A model generated the notes under the pieces. That model did not search any database and was not told where the DNA came from. It worked only from the letters and a program-made list of their open reading frames with translations. The translations under genes and the position numbers were made by a program. From Glaucostegus cemiculus (taxonomy: Eukaryota), in contig CDPCPM010000128.1 in NCBI GenBank assembly GCA_976551045.1, forward strand, positions 8,184,001-8,248,000: a stretch of 64,000 nt of DNA. Direction: 5' to 3'. This document shows positions 11,881-23,997 of the stretch, piece after piece; position 1 is the stretch's first letter; each line of letters opens with the position of its first letter.

Positions 11881-13909
11881 ATTGACAGTTGTTTTTTTAG
11901 AAATACTACATGACATGCAGCACACAGGGCAAAAGATAATTTTCCCAAATGGGGTGGCTGGAGCAAAGCAAAAATGATTCTGTTGACAGATGTGGGTTTG
12001 TTGATGGTTTTAGATTGTCAATTTACAGAAATATTCTCTTTCAGTATTTGTAGGAACGGTGACAAAAATATATTGCAACTGATTTTGACTGATGGAAGAG
12101 AATTTTTTTAAAAATCCCCTTCTGTACACTGCTGATGCAGGCAAAAATTTTTTATCCAACTAAAATGTAACTTTTAGTGAGCATTTTAAGGCACTTGAGA
12201 GGCTCTGGGGAGCAAATGACAGTTTCAATAAAAAATCTATTTAAATTTCTATTTTAAACAAAAGCTAAACCATGTAGAGTCTGGTCTGTACACCAGTGTT
12301 CTTGCAGCATTAAATCACTAAAAGAAAGCATCAGTAATCACCAGGGTCTTGACAAAATGAAATATACATGAAGACCACTGCTTGATAACGATTAAATACT
12401 TTCTCAAAGTCCCAAGCTTCTAGTCCTAGTTACATTATCTGGTAGGCTAGGAATTCAGTGAAAGGTTTCATGCTGTGAAATAATTAAGAATGTTACCAGA
12501 ATGTGAAGTATTTTCTTTTAGTAACCACATTCCTAACTGTGCTTTCGATACAAGTTGTTTGATTATCACCTTTTGAGTAATAACTGTACACTCCAGGATC
12601 ATTTCTTGGTGTCTCTTGTCACTTAATCACAGGAGGACCAAAATAATATCTGAATCACATGTTGCTTGTTGCCCTGCTTTTTATTTCACTGCTGCTTTTA
12701 GGTGGGGTGGTTGCCGAGGGGAAACTGAAAGTGAACTTGAGGCAATATAATTAGTGGCATTTTCTAAAAAGAATGTTTTGCTTCTGATGTGGGAACTGAG
12801 AACATTAAGATGGGCAAAGGGTTCTCGTTCAACTATAAGACAGGTGATTTGTTCCAGATTGGAAAAAGAAATTAAGCATTTTAAATGATCAGATCAGCAC
12901 TTTTTACAAAATATTGTCATAGTTTGCTGACACTAATGATGTGAATTGACAACGTGACTCCACAAAAGCAACTTGCTAAGGTGCTGATAATTTGAAATAT
13001 AAATGAAAACAAAAATTGATAGCAATACTCAGCTTTCTACTGACTTTTTTATTCAAAGCCCTTGTATTAGCAAAAAAGTACAACCGCTTCAGAACTTTTA
13101 ACTGTTAAAAGTCTAAACAGTGTTATTATGAGCAATTTGAATTGAGTCATAATGAATATTTTGAGATTAGAATGAATGTTTTCCATGTAATTTGCCTTGT
13201 AACTTTATACTTTCAATGATTCATCAAAGACACAAGCAGATAAGACGACTCTTCAATTTGGGCAACAGATTCTGTACTCAAGTCCGGATAAAACTGAAAT
13301 CAAATACTCCAGCCTTGGTGTGCTTCAAGAACTACCCCTGGAACTTATTTAATATAGAAAACTGGAGGGGCTACTCAAACTGTACTGCCCTTTTTTGGTA
13401 TATAAATAATTTTTGAATTGCATTTAATTATAGTCTTGGTACAAAGCTGTAGAGACTTGAAGGAAAGCTTCAACTCCAAAGATGTTTAGTCTTTGCAGCA
13501 TCAAGTTAACTTGGGAACCTAGCCAAACAAAATATATTACAAAGGGTTCTGTGTGTTTTTGAAGCATTTCAATAATTACTTAGAAAATGAGTATTCTGCT
13601 TTTTCTAATTATACATCTAGTTTAGGATTTTTTTCTATTTCTCTGAATATGATCTCATCTTTCAATTTAACAGTGCGTGCTCTAGCTGTACTTATTGTGC
13701 CAGCACTATTTTACGTGGTTGCATCACTTTTTTTAAAGCTGCATTTGCCACAAGACCACCAGATTTGGGTGAATTATCGAAAGAAGATTCAGTGGAGTAT
13801 TTACAAAGTTCTTTAAATAAACTTTAATTTTGGTTTTTTTTTGGAATGTAACTTGTTCTTTAAACTCATTTAGATATTTTTTCTAGCGACCAGCTCATAC
13901 ATTGCTGAA

Positions 13910-14450
13910 GCATCACAGATTGCAACGTAACTGAAGGCCACTTGGTCCATCAGGTCTATGTTGGCTGTAGGCAAGTGCAATCCAGCCATTCCCAGTCCCC
14001 TGTCCTCTTCCCCATTGTGCTACTTGTACCCTCCTTTCAACTAATCCAGTTCTCTTTTGAACACCAGAACTGAATTGGGCTCCTTTACTCTTCCTGGCAA
14101 TGCATTCCAGACCCCAACCACTTTCTACGTGAAAATATTTTCAAAATGGCACACTTTTGATTCCTTTGCCGATCACGTTCGTTCTCTGTACTTGTTCTTG
14201 ACACTTCTATCTATGGAAGCATTTCCCTTCTCTAATCTCTCTGGATGCTTCATGGTTTTAAACACTGTTATCAGATCCTCTCTCAACCTTTGTCCAGGGA
14301 GCACAATCCAAGTTTCCCCAGTTTGCCCACAGAACTTAACTCCCTCATCCTGGGAATCCTTCTAGATTTAATTCTTCTGCTGTCTCTTTGGCCTTTGCAT
14401 TTTTCCTGAAGTGTGGTGCTCAGAACTGGACACAACACTGGTTTAGGCAC
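13910..14450 (-). mobile_element. CR1-clade LINE 3' fragment
   Basis: aggccacttggtccatc tail; ggcaatgcattccagaccccaaccact; gtgtggtgctcagaactggacacaa. Confidence 0.75.
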
Positions 14451-15090
14451 CAGAGTAGTATTAAGATTTTACAAGAGAACTGAACAAAATAAAGACAGAT
14501 TTTTCTCCTGGAATACCAGAAACTTGTGCTAGACAGGAAGCTGACTCCAGCAGAACTAATCTTGACATCCCCATATAGTGATCCATTGCTAGTCAAGATG
14601 TAGTGGGTAGGGACTCCACCTCCAACCCAGAAGTCATGGGGGCAGGGGGTTCAGGTTTTGGCTGCAGAATCTGGAATCCTATTGAGCCCAGTGCAAAATC
14701 ACATTCTAAATCCTCACACAAGGCACCCTCCGCTGACCTTTGGTAAGGTTGGCAACCTTCCTGTATCATTGGCTTCAGGAATCTGGCGTTAATCTCCTAC
14801 TGCGAGCAACCATTGCGACAAATCAATGGGGAATTGTCACAATTGCCACAATGAAAGGGTGAACCAGATTTATCTTATCACCTTCCTATTATAGTGCCAG
14901 TGATCCTTGTTCAATTCAATTAAGGCACCCTGTGATTATCCTCTGTCAATTATCTTGTTGTTATTTTCTTGATATCAATAAATGTGTTTAAAACTGTTCA
15001 TTCCTGTAAGCCTTGCATATGTAATGACACTGTTTACCACATATCCTACCAGGGCACTGGAAACCTAGATGTAGCAGGCAGTTCGACTAT

Positions 15091-15185
15091 CCTCCTTTCT
15101 TGGGCAGTTCCTTGAGGTTGACGCTGACTTGCTTCCCCTCCGGTTTTGTGGGTTCTGAGGTGGCTAATGAGGCCAATGTGGGGAC
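15091..15185 (-). mobile_element. RTE-clade LINE extreme 3' end
   Basis: Reverse complement of the 10730-10805 tail (ggttttgtgggttctgaggtggctaatgag). Confidence 0.55.
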
Positions 15186-16381
15186 CATAGTATCGTAGAT
15201 TAAAGTGGCAATAGCACACTGGTTATGGAGCTGGATTAGTAATCTAGGGGCCTGGATTGATGGTAAGTATATGCTGAATATTGTAAAAGAGACCCTGAAT
15301 TTGTGCTAGCCTTGTGCAGCCCCTGGTTTACTGTTAAGCTCCCTCTGAGGTGGTTTTGCCAGCCACTCAGTTGTCAGCACCTTGTCAGGAAAACAAGGGA
15401 TAAGCAAAAGAAAATGCTGGCCTTGCCAGTGACTTCCCACAGTCTGTGAATGAATAATGTGCAATAAAACATTTGTCAAGACCAGATGGAATTAAATCAA
15501 TGTCTGTTTATCTCACCCATTTTTAAAAAATATTTTATATTGCCTATGCACATCAGTGAAGGAATCTGGGTGTGTGTGTGTGGTGGGGGGGGGGGAGGGT
15601 GTTGGAGAATGGGGAATTTGTATCTGTGATTGACTTCAATGCAATTTGATAAGGGATAAAATTCAGTTTTGCATTACCCAAAGAATCAAGAAACCTAAAA
15701 TCAGGCATTCTTATAAAAATTTAAAAAAACCCACCTGTTCAGCACTTTAATTTTAAAACTGTTAGAATTAGATAAATTTCCATTGTACTATTGCTATTTA
15801 ATTGCATCTGGCCTTCAGCTGTAAGGTTTAAAGTATATTGCAATAAATGAGAGTTGTTGTGACCTAATGCAGGGTCAGTGCAAAAATGCTGCTTTTCACA
15901 TTTTTTTTCCAAGATAGCTCAGCAGCTGAATTCTTAAAGTGTAACCTGAAACCTATTTGAAAAGATATTAATCACAGCATCTGGTATTTTACTTTCTGTG
16001 AGTTAAAACTGAAGTTTTGCAAGCAAATGTTAGCTCAAGTGTTATATACTTAACTGAGTCAACAGTGTGATTTGCCTGCCCATTTTAATCATACACAATG
16101 CAAAAAAGGGGGAATAAGCCAAGAGATGTAGAACTGGAAGCATAGAGACCTGTGTTAATATCACCTCACTCATAATCTTAGCAGCTAGGCATGAATTTGC
16201 AGGCATTCCGCTTAAAATCATATCTCTGTGACTGAAGGATGTGTTCAATAACCATTTCTTTGTTTGTTTCCAGCTGTGACATCTGTAAACAAAAAAATAT
16301 ATGCATCTGAAGTAGAGAAAATCATTTGAAACACAATCTTCTTCGCAACTTGATTGGCAATTCTCAAGTAAGATTTGCCAA

Positions 16382-16625
16382 TACTTGTAATGGGTCTTTA
16401 ACCCAGCCAGCGAGAAGATTATGTTTGGGTTATTCAAGCACCTATTACAGCGAGGGGATCATAGCTACAAAACATATTTAACCTAGCCAATTTGCAGAGT
16501 GTACTTGTAATGGGTGTTTAACCCAGCCAATGAACAGATTACACATGATATTATGCTACCAAGCCAATGAAGAGATTGCACTTCTAATGGCTATGTTACA
16601 GTCAGTTAATGAGTTGTACTTGTCC
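16382..16625. repeat. Decayed ~40-bp tandem repeat
   Basis: tacttgtaatgggt[c/g]tttaacccagcca at 16382 and 16502 (120 bp apart), with partial units between and after. Confidence 0.75.
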
Positions 16626-18600
16626 AGGTAGCAGTTGTTGAAATGTAATTTAAAAGCCTGCAAAAGTATAACTGTCAATTCATGAATTTTAAAGAGAAAC
16701 GGGCACCTTTTTTGTCATTTGGGTCGATTTAAGTGATGTCCTTGGTATCTTTGGGTAGTGTGATTTGTGCTTGAAGTGGATACATTTTATAAAACGTAAT
16801 AGCAGGGCTAAGAAAGTAGTCTTTTAATTTAGCAAAACTTGGATATGACACATTATTTGATTTTTCAGAGAGGGCTGGAATAGATATAATAAACTCAGTT
16901 CAGAAAAAGTGAATTTCCCAGAATGTTGTTGATGCAGCAAATTTTGATTAATTTCTGATGTGATAATGACATTTTTCCATTTCTACACAAGTTCTAGTTT
17001 GAAGCAACATGTATTTGTAGAATTTGTAGAAGCAGCTAGCAGTAGTTTACTGGAAAATACGTGAGAGTGACATCAGGGAAAGATCACCCACAGATTGCTG
17101 ATAGTTTATTTTCCAGTAAGTCAGTATATAAGTCATTTGTTGTTTCTTTTAACCATATGCTCTATTGACCTTATTGGACATTTCCAACTACTTCAGAAAA
17201 TGAAGCAATGTTGTATTTATATGGTATTTACTCAGTGTAATATTGCTTCTTTTAAAAAAAAAGTGCATAGTTTTAGTTGCATTTGCAGCCTCTCATTGGA
17301 CTTTAATATAAATTTGCATTTGCTGCTTGGGTCATGAAAGTACCAGTGCAAGTTGCCAACCTGTAAGGTCTCTGCAGTCAGTATTCTGTGTGGTACTGAA
17401 TAACATGTGAGTGCAACAGTATTTTTTTTTGCATACTTCCACTGTAACTGGGGTTTGAAGTGTGCAATCTGTAATCTAGATTGGGATATAATAAAGGGAG
17501 GGTGGGGTTGAGATTATTTCTTAGTTGGAAGAAAACTGAAATGCGAGGCGAAGCCAGTTTTGTTTACATTTCATTGAAAAATGTAAGAACTTGCAAGAAG
17601 CAGTGATTATAATTGTGTTCAACAAGCCAGGTCATTAATCTTGCCAAAATCATTTTGGCATTTTCATTATGTCAATGGGACTCTTGGCTATTTTACTTCT
17701 GCTGATTTAGCTGGGATGAAAGTCGAGAGGTTTCGGGAGGTCAACAGAAAGGGGCATCGTTCTCAAAACAGTAATTGAGCAAAAATACTTTGGCTTCAGA
17801 AATACATTTGAATGAAACCATGGCCACAGTATTTGTAAAACCAAGCTTTTCGTCAGATATCAGGACTTGTTTTGATTTAATCTTACAATGTTCTTTTCCT
17901 GCATCTGGGGAATGAATTAATTTTGTTACAAGTGAAGTTAAATTTTCTAAATGGCTAGCCCACAAAATTGGAGCCATGAAATAAAAGGATTGGTGATGGC
18001 ATTAATATGAAACCGTCTGGGATAACGTGCAGGGTCATGGTAAAGCATTGTTTTTGAGACTGTAGGGAGTTGGATTGTGCTCTTCCCCAGGGATCAGCAC
18101 TGGAACCATCTCATATTTTTTTAATATATTAGTGACTTGGACATTGGTGTACAGCGTAAGATTTCTGAATTTTGTGGATGATGTAAAGCTTGGAAGTGTG
18201 GGAAGCATTAAGATGGATAATGCATTTCAGGTGGACATTGCCAGGTGAAGTGGACAGACGTGGCAGATGAAATTTAATATGGAGAATTTCAAAGTGATGC
18301 ATTTTGGCAGTGGAACAAGGGAAGATGATATGAAGCCAAGAATATAATTCCAAAGAGGGTGATGGAACCAGGAGACCTGGGTGCATTGTAAAGAAGGTTG
18401 TGCAAATTCTTTTTTTCTTCACAGAGTTGCTAACTTCAGCTATTGAGTGCTTTCCTTTACGTGCAGTGGTGGACAAGGAATGAGGAATGGCATCCGGGAC
18501 TCAGTCTGGGGTATGGGGAGAGGGCTACCTTCATAGCTCTGCCTGGGGACCTCGAAAATTGGAGGATAATGAGAGGGGTGCACAAAATCTTGACGGGTGA

Positions 18601-18937
18601 AGATCAAGTTGAGTTTATTGTCATGTGCACAAGTAAGTGAGGTACAGGTACAATGTAAAACTTGCTTACAGCAGTTTCACATGCACGTAGGTACAGACAA
18701 CACACTATATATTATACAAGTCAGTGAAGAGAGGGGGGGAAGGCATCACTGTAAAAAGTAAACACAATCAGAAATGAGTCCATGGTAGTGTAAGAGGTGG
18801 TCCATAGTGTTCCATTGCTGAGGTAGGGTTAGGGTTATGCAGGTTCTTTCAACAACCTTATGGTTGTAGGAAAGTAGCTGTTCCTGAACCTAGTGGTGTA
18901 GAACTTCAGTCTTCTGTACCACCTGCCTGATGATAGC
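18601..18937 (-). mobile_element. Rex1/Babar-like LINE 3' end nested in CR1
   Basis: caagttgagtttattgtcatgtgcacaagt tail; aagtagctgttcctgaacctagtggtg...cttctgtaccacctgcctgatgatagc. Confidence 0.7.
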
Positions 18938-19110
18938 GTAAACAGCAGAAGAGCAAGGGGTCTCAGATCAGAGGACAAGGATGTAGGGTGACAGGCATAA
19001 TATTCAGGGGTGGCATGAGGAAGAGCTTTTTATAATGTCATGAGCAGTTACATGTGCTGGGAGCTGAGGTTGATGGATACTGATTCAGTGAATTTTGTAA
19101 AGGAACTTGC

Positions 19111-19460
19111 AGGCACCACAGTGCTGCAGCTCTGTAGATCTGCTGCCTTACAGTGCCAGAAACCAGCGTTCAATCCTGACCTGTCTAGTGTGGTGTTTGC
19201 ACGTTCTTCCTGTGGCTTTCCGGCTTTCCTTTGGGTGGCCTGGCTTCCTCCCAGGTCTCACAGGTGAATGAGTTGGTAGGTTAATTGGCCACACGGCAAG
19301 TTGCCCCATGCGTGTCGGTGAGTGGTAGAATCTGAAGGAAGTTGATGAGAAGGTGGGGAGAATAAGAAATGTAATGTAGGTTAGTGTAAACTGGGTGCCC
19401 TCTGGTCAGTGCAAACTCAGTGGGCCGAAGGGCCTGTTTCGGCTCTGTATCTCTCTATGA
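19111..19460 (+). mobile_element. Full-length V-SINE (HE1-like) nested in CR1
   Basis: Head with B-box-like gttcaatcc, V-domain ggcttcctccca, CR1-type tail gggccgaagggcctgtttc...ctctatgac. Confidence 0.85.
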
Positions 19461-19999
19461 CCTGAAAAATTAGAAGGCTAAAAAAAAAATTGCGGGGCAG
19501 TAGAGAAGGAGAGTGAGGCTCTGCAAAGAACTGGCTTGGGTCCAAAGGCTGAAATCATCCTCCTCCTGTCCTATAATGGTTCTATGATTCTAAGTAACTG
19601 CTAATCAGTCATTATGGAAGTTATTACCTTTTTTATTAGTTATTTTGACCAGAAGCCAAACTATGCTCCTCTCTCACCTGAGACAGATTTCTCATGATGG
19701 ATCTGAATCCTTGAAGTAATAAATAATCATCAGTAATGGTTTCTTTGGTTATGTGGGTTGAAAGTTTGACACTAGAGGGCAATTGAGTGCTTTGGTGAAC
19801 ATCATACTGTGAACCAATGTAGGTACTTCCTTAACTGGAGCTGTTCAAAGTGTACTCAGCCTGGCTTTGTGCCTGTGGAGATTTTTATCACAAGGTCTCA
19901 GTAAAATATTATGCTCTCAGTAGTGGCAAAGACTGCAATACAGCTAGATGGCTCTTGCAAGCTCTATTGGAAATAGGAAAAAGCTAATGACTTGGGGAA

Positions 20000-20420
20000 A
20001 CCCCAAAGTGGGTTCTGACCAATGAAGTAACTTTTGAAGCATAACCAATGTTGTAATTAAAGGTGCCAAAGAAACCAATTTACACACAGCATGCTCCCAC
20101 AGAGAGAAGTGCAGTAAATGACCAACTCATTTGCTTTAGTGATGTTGATTGTTGGGCAGGAGCCGAGGCAGAACTCCATGCTGTTCTTCACAGTGGTGCC
20201 ATGGGGTTTTCATGTTTATTATTGTCATAGGCACACATGTACAGGGTATAAGTGCCATGAAAATTAGTTTTTGCAGCAGCAGCACAGTATATTACAAGAC
20301 GAGGACAAAGTTCACCTAATTATTCATCCATATTCACCTGAGAAGGTAAGTGGGTTCTGACAATGTGACTCTCCATTGGCACTGGAATGTCAGTCTGGGC
20401 AATGTGATCAAATCTGTGGA
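20000..20420 (-). mobile_element. Deu-domain SINE containing a Rex-like 3' fragment (~20212-20320)
   Basis: ccaatttacacacagca...gggcaggagccgaggcagaactcc...agtggtgccatggg, with nested tttattattgtcataggcacacatgtac...ttgcagcagcagcacag. Confidence 0.6.
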
Positions 20421-21324
20421 GGGGAAAAAAACTTATTTCTCTCTCTGCCAGTTTTTGTATTATAAGTAGCTGTGTACAGGAAGTTAAAGAATAAATGTTT
20501 CATGCATGCCACATGACAGCAGTTGCTGGCTAGTGCATTGTGTTGGATGCTGAGATATGTGGAGTATTTGGAATAAAATGGGTCTTTGACTCATCCTCAG
20601 TGACTTAATCATAATATAGGCCTCTAATATGGAGGCCTTGTGTGGCCAATTATACTCAAATAGATGAGTAGAGACTAGAAAATATTCTCCTTCAAAATTG
20701 ATTCCAGATTTGTTGTATGTGATGACGTGTTTCAGCCAATATCAGTAAGCTTTAATGATTTATTGTTAGATGCCTATTGATAGGAACAAGCCACTACCCA
20801 TACCTGGAGGCCACTTATTAGCACTAATTTCATTCGCCAACTTTCCAAGATCGATCAAGTGTTTTTAGAAATTAAAGATTAATCTCCACAATGATGCTGT
20901 GACTGAGCAGGTAGAGAAATTAAAACAATTGTTTTGTTTTCTTTTCTTTTGAAGAATATTGTAGATGTGAAGCAGTACCATTTGACTGGATAGGGCGGTA
21001 GGTCAGAGGTCATGTGATTAAAACCTCCAGGAATACATCTGGCTAAAGAACCTCATGAGCAAATGATGACAGAGAGATGAGGCCAGATTCACTGTCCTGC
21101 CACCAGAACTAGGGCCGCAGCACTGGAGTGCTTATTTATTGACCTGTGCTCCATTCCAGCGCTGCTCCCTACTGGCAACACGACGCTGTGAATTACGGTT
21201 CAAGTGGTGACAGCTGTCGGAGGGAACATAAGCACAGTCAGGCTACAAATCCCAGGCCCACAAAACATGGGGCCAGATCTTTGAGGTATTAATTCTGATA
21301 GGCTTGACAAAAGATGTGACCTTT

Positions 21325-21660
21325 TGGTCACCTCTGAGACTGAGGGTCATGCATTCAAGCTTCAACACTCCCTCCCCCGTCCAATATTCCTCGTCATCCC
21401 CAATCTACCCCCATTCTGAGATTTGACATACGGTCTTCATTGGCACTTGACTGCAGTATTGAGGTAACACTGTTTTTAAGTTGGCGTGGAAGATCCATGA
21501 TGCTATTCAAAGTGGAGCAGGAAATTCTAATATCCTGATCAATCTAAACAAATTAAGTGTCACTCATCTTCTTTGCGACATTTATAGAGTGTATCTGTTT
21601 ACTTAGAGCTCTTTTTGAAATGTTTGTTTCAAAATGCCCTGAGACAGACTGAAATGATTT
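21325..21660 (+). mobile_element. Old Deu-domain SINE remnant
   Basis: cacctctgagactgagggtcatgcattcaag head; gtggaagatccatgatgctattcaaagtggagcagg. Confidence 0.5.
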
Positions 21661-22869
21661 TGTTCTAGACTGTTAAAAGTTGTTTTTGAACACATTTTTA
21701 TTTTAGTTTTATTTTTAGTGCAATGAACAAAAGCGTTGCCTATTGCAGTTCTGGCCCATGCCAAAGAATTTATTCAATCATTATGCGCCTGTACTTGCAC
21801 CAAATCCTGCCCACTGAACTTCATTAGCCACCAGTCTACCAACAGCATGAGTTTAGGATTATCATCCTTGCGTTCAAATGCTTCATGGCCTGACTTTTTA
21901 AACTTCCTTTAGCTCTCTTGAAAATGTGTTTCCCCAGCTTTGGCACAACAAAGCACCATTTGCTCGATTATTTTGTTATTTCAAAAATAAACTTTATTCA
22001 TAGAAAATATCTATGGGAAATACATTACAATCAACACATGCCTTTCCTTGCATTCATAGTGTCATCAAAACAACAAATCAAAACATTCATTGTCCTGTCA
22101 TATCAATACATTATATTTACAATGCATCAAAGCCAGTCATGTTTCCTGCTCCATTTTTGGTGGCTACGCATAAAGCTGTCTAGGCTCTAGATTCTGGATT
22201 TTTCTTAAACTTCTTTTGTTTGCCATTCCTTACTCCTCATTTTAAGGTGCTCTGAAAAACACTCTTCCATCCAACTATTTGCAATTTGTTCTGATGTCTT
22301 ATGTGGTCCAGTAGAAGAAGGAGGAACATCAGAGGGAGAACGGAATAAATTATATGTTGAGTAAGGTGAATTTTTTTGGCTAATTGTGTTTTTGTGATGT
22401 TTGTTGGAGTAATTGTCCCTGGTAATTGTGTTGCCTAAATATATTGTTAATTTGGTAAATTCCTTATCTACTCTTCAACCTGCAGCCTCTTGCCTTTCAG
22501 GCTAATAATAATAAAAAAATGTGGAAAATAAAACTTGGCAGAGTGTAAAATGGATAGGTGATTTGCTATTGCCTGTTTTGCAATACTACCAAGATCAAAT
22601 TTCATCCCCTGTGGGAAGTTAGTGATGGCTAGGCATGAGGCATTTTAGCAGTAATCTTTTTTTGCTTGAGTCTAGTGTTCAGTTTGTATATCTTCATGTT
22701 GAACCAATTTTGAATTGGGTTTTCCTAAACTCAAATCATTAGGTAATCTGTAAGAATCTTACTACGCAAACACAGCAGATTACTTCAGCAAGCATAGGAC
22801 AGCATCAGTTGCTTTTATAGGCTTCAGAAATATGTCAACCAGATAATTGTTTATTGTGGGAATTATTAA

Positions 22870-23541
22870 GAGAGGCACAAGAGACTGAAGATGCTGGAAT
22901 CTGGAGCAACACACAGCACTGGAGGAACTCAGCGGGTCAGGCAGCGTCTGTGGAGGGAAATGGACAGTCGACGTTTTGGGTTGATACCCTTCATCTGGAC
23001 TGGAAAGAAAGAGGGGTGATAACCAATATAAAAAGGTGGAGGGAAGGGATGGAGGAAGAGCTGGCAGGTGATAGGTGGATCCAGGTGAGGGGAGTGATAG
23101 GCAGGTGAGTGGGAATGATAGAAGAAGCTGGGAGGTGATAGGTGGAAGTGACAAAGGGCTGAAGGTGGAATCTGATGGGAGAGGAAGGTGGAATGTGGAA
23201 TAAAGGGAGGGGAACTGGTGGGAGGAGTGTGTGGGTGATGGGCAGATGGAATAGTTAGGGAGGGGAGGACGTAGGGTGATGGGGGCCAGTTGGATCAAGA
23301 GGAGAGAGAAAAAAGACAAATGGGGGTAAAGGGACAGAGGGGGAGTGGTTATCGGAACTTTGGGAATTTTATGTTCATGCCGCCAGGTTGGAGACTATCC
23401 AGGTAGAATATGAGGTGCTGTTCATCTAATTTGCATTTAGCCTTTACCTGGCTGTGGGGGAGGCCGTAAACAGATGTATCGGTGTGGGAATTGAAATGGC
23501 TGGCGACTGGGAGACCTCGGCTGGTACGGCGGACAGAGCGG
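22870..23541 (-). mobile_element. 5'-truncated Penelope-like retroelement (GIY-YIG C-terminus, 3' region, hammerhead motif)
   Basis: Minus strand 23540-23349 translates RSVRRTSRGLPVASHFNSHTDTSVYGLPHSQVKAKCKLDEQHLIFYLDSLQPGGMNIKFPKFR*. 8-bp TSD attattaa at 22862-22869 and 23542-23549. Confidence 0.9.
22965..23002 (-). ncRNA. Minimal type-I hammerhead-like motif (variant core)
   Basis: cagtc CAGATGA agggtatcaaccc AAAA cgtc gactg: perfect 5-bp stem I, GGG/CCC stem II, ACGU palindrome and GUC cleavage triplet. Confidence 0.6.
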
Positions 23542-23997
23542 ATTATTAAAATCAGTTGCTTTGAGATTATGGTACTAGATTAAATCTGAATTCTGTGAAA
23601 TATTGTAGATTCCTTTTGAATAAGGATTTTACACCCTGCCTAAAATGAACCTGATGATGTGCAATAGAACTTTCTGTATTTGATCCATTTTATTACTTAT
23701 ATATCAACCAAAATGAATAGTAAAACTGTTGACCTCAATTTGACCCCAGGATATCAAATCCTGTAAAGTTAGTCCAGCCATCTAACACTGACTGTTTTAA
23801 GGGCTGTTCACTCTCAAATGCAGAGTACTTAATACCTCCGTAATTATTCAGGAACCACATAATGGCCTATTCCAGAAAATCTGGTGATCGCTTATCTTGA
23901 GGGTCAAATAAAACACACAACTATGTCGCATTTAGATCAGGATTCCCGCCAGAAGACATATTCCCTCCTTTTAGGTCAGTTACAGTCAGTTGGTATA

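Larger units (their letters stand above)
17900..19590 (+). mobile_element. Degraded CR1 LINE (RT region to 3' end) hosting nested Rex-like and V-SINE insertions
   Basis: ccccagggatcagcactggaacc (PQGS.L.P), gacttggacattggtgta, tttgtggatgatgtaaagctt (F.DD.KL-like), ggcagatgaaatttaat (WQMKFN-like), tail ctatgattcta. Confidence 0.8.

Noticed and set aside
15260-15268. ATG|gtaagt as an alternative first exon
   Set aside because: Phase 0 donor would give ATG CAC TAA on splicing to 33725, and it lies in a repeat-like remnant.
18823-18836. Telomere-like tagggttagggtt
   Set aside because: Only about two units, inside a Rex-like LINE fragment.
22780-23319. Longest ORF in the track (179 aa, minus strand)
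   Set aside because: Low-complexity Pro/Ser/Leu translation of the pyrimidine-rich Penelope 3' region, not a host gene.
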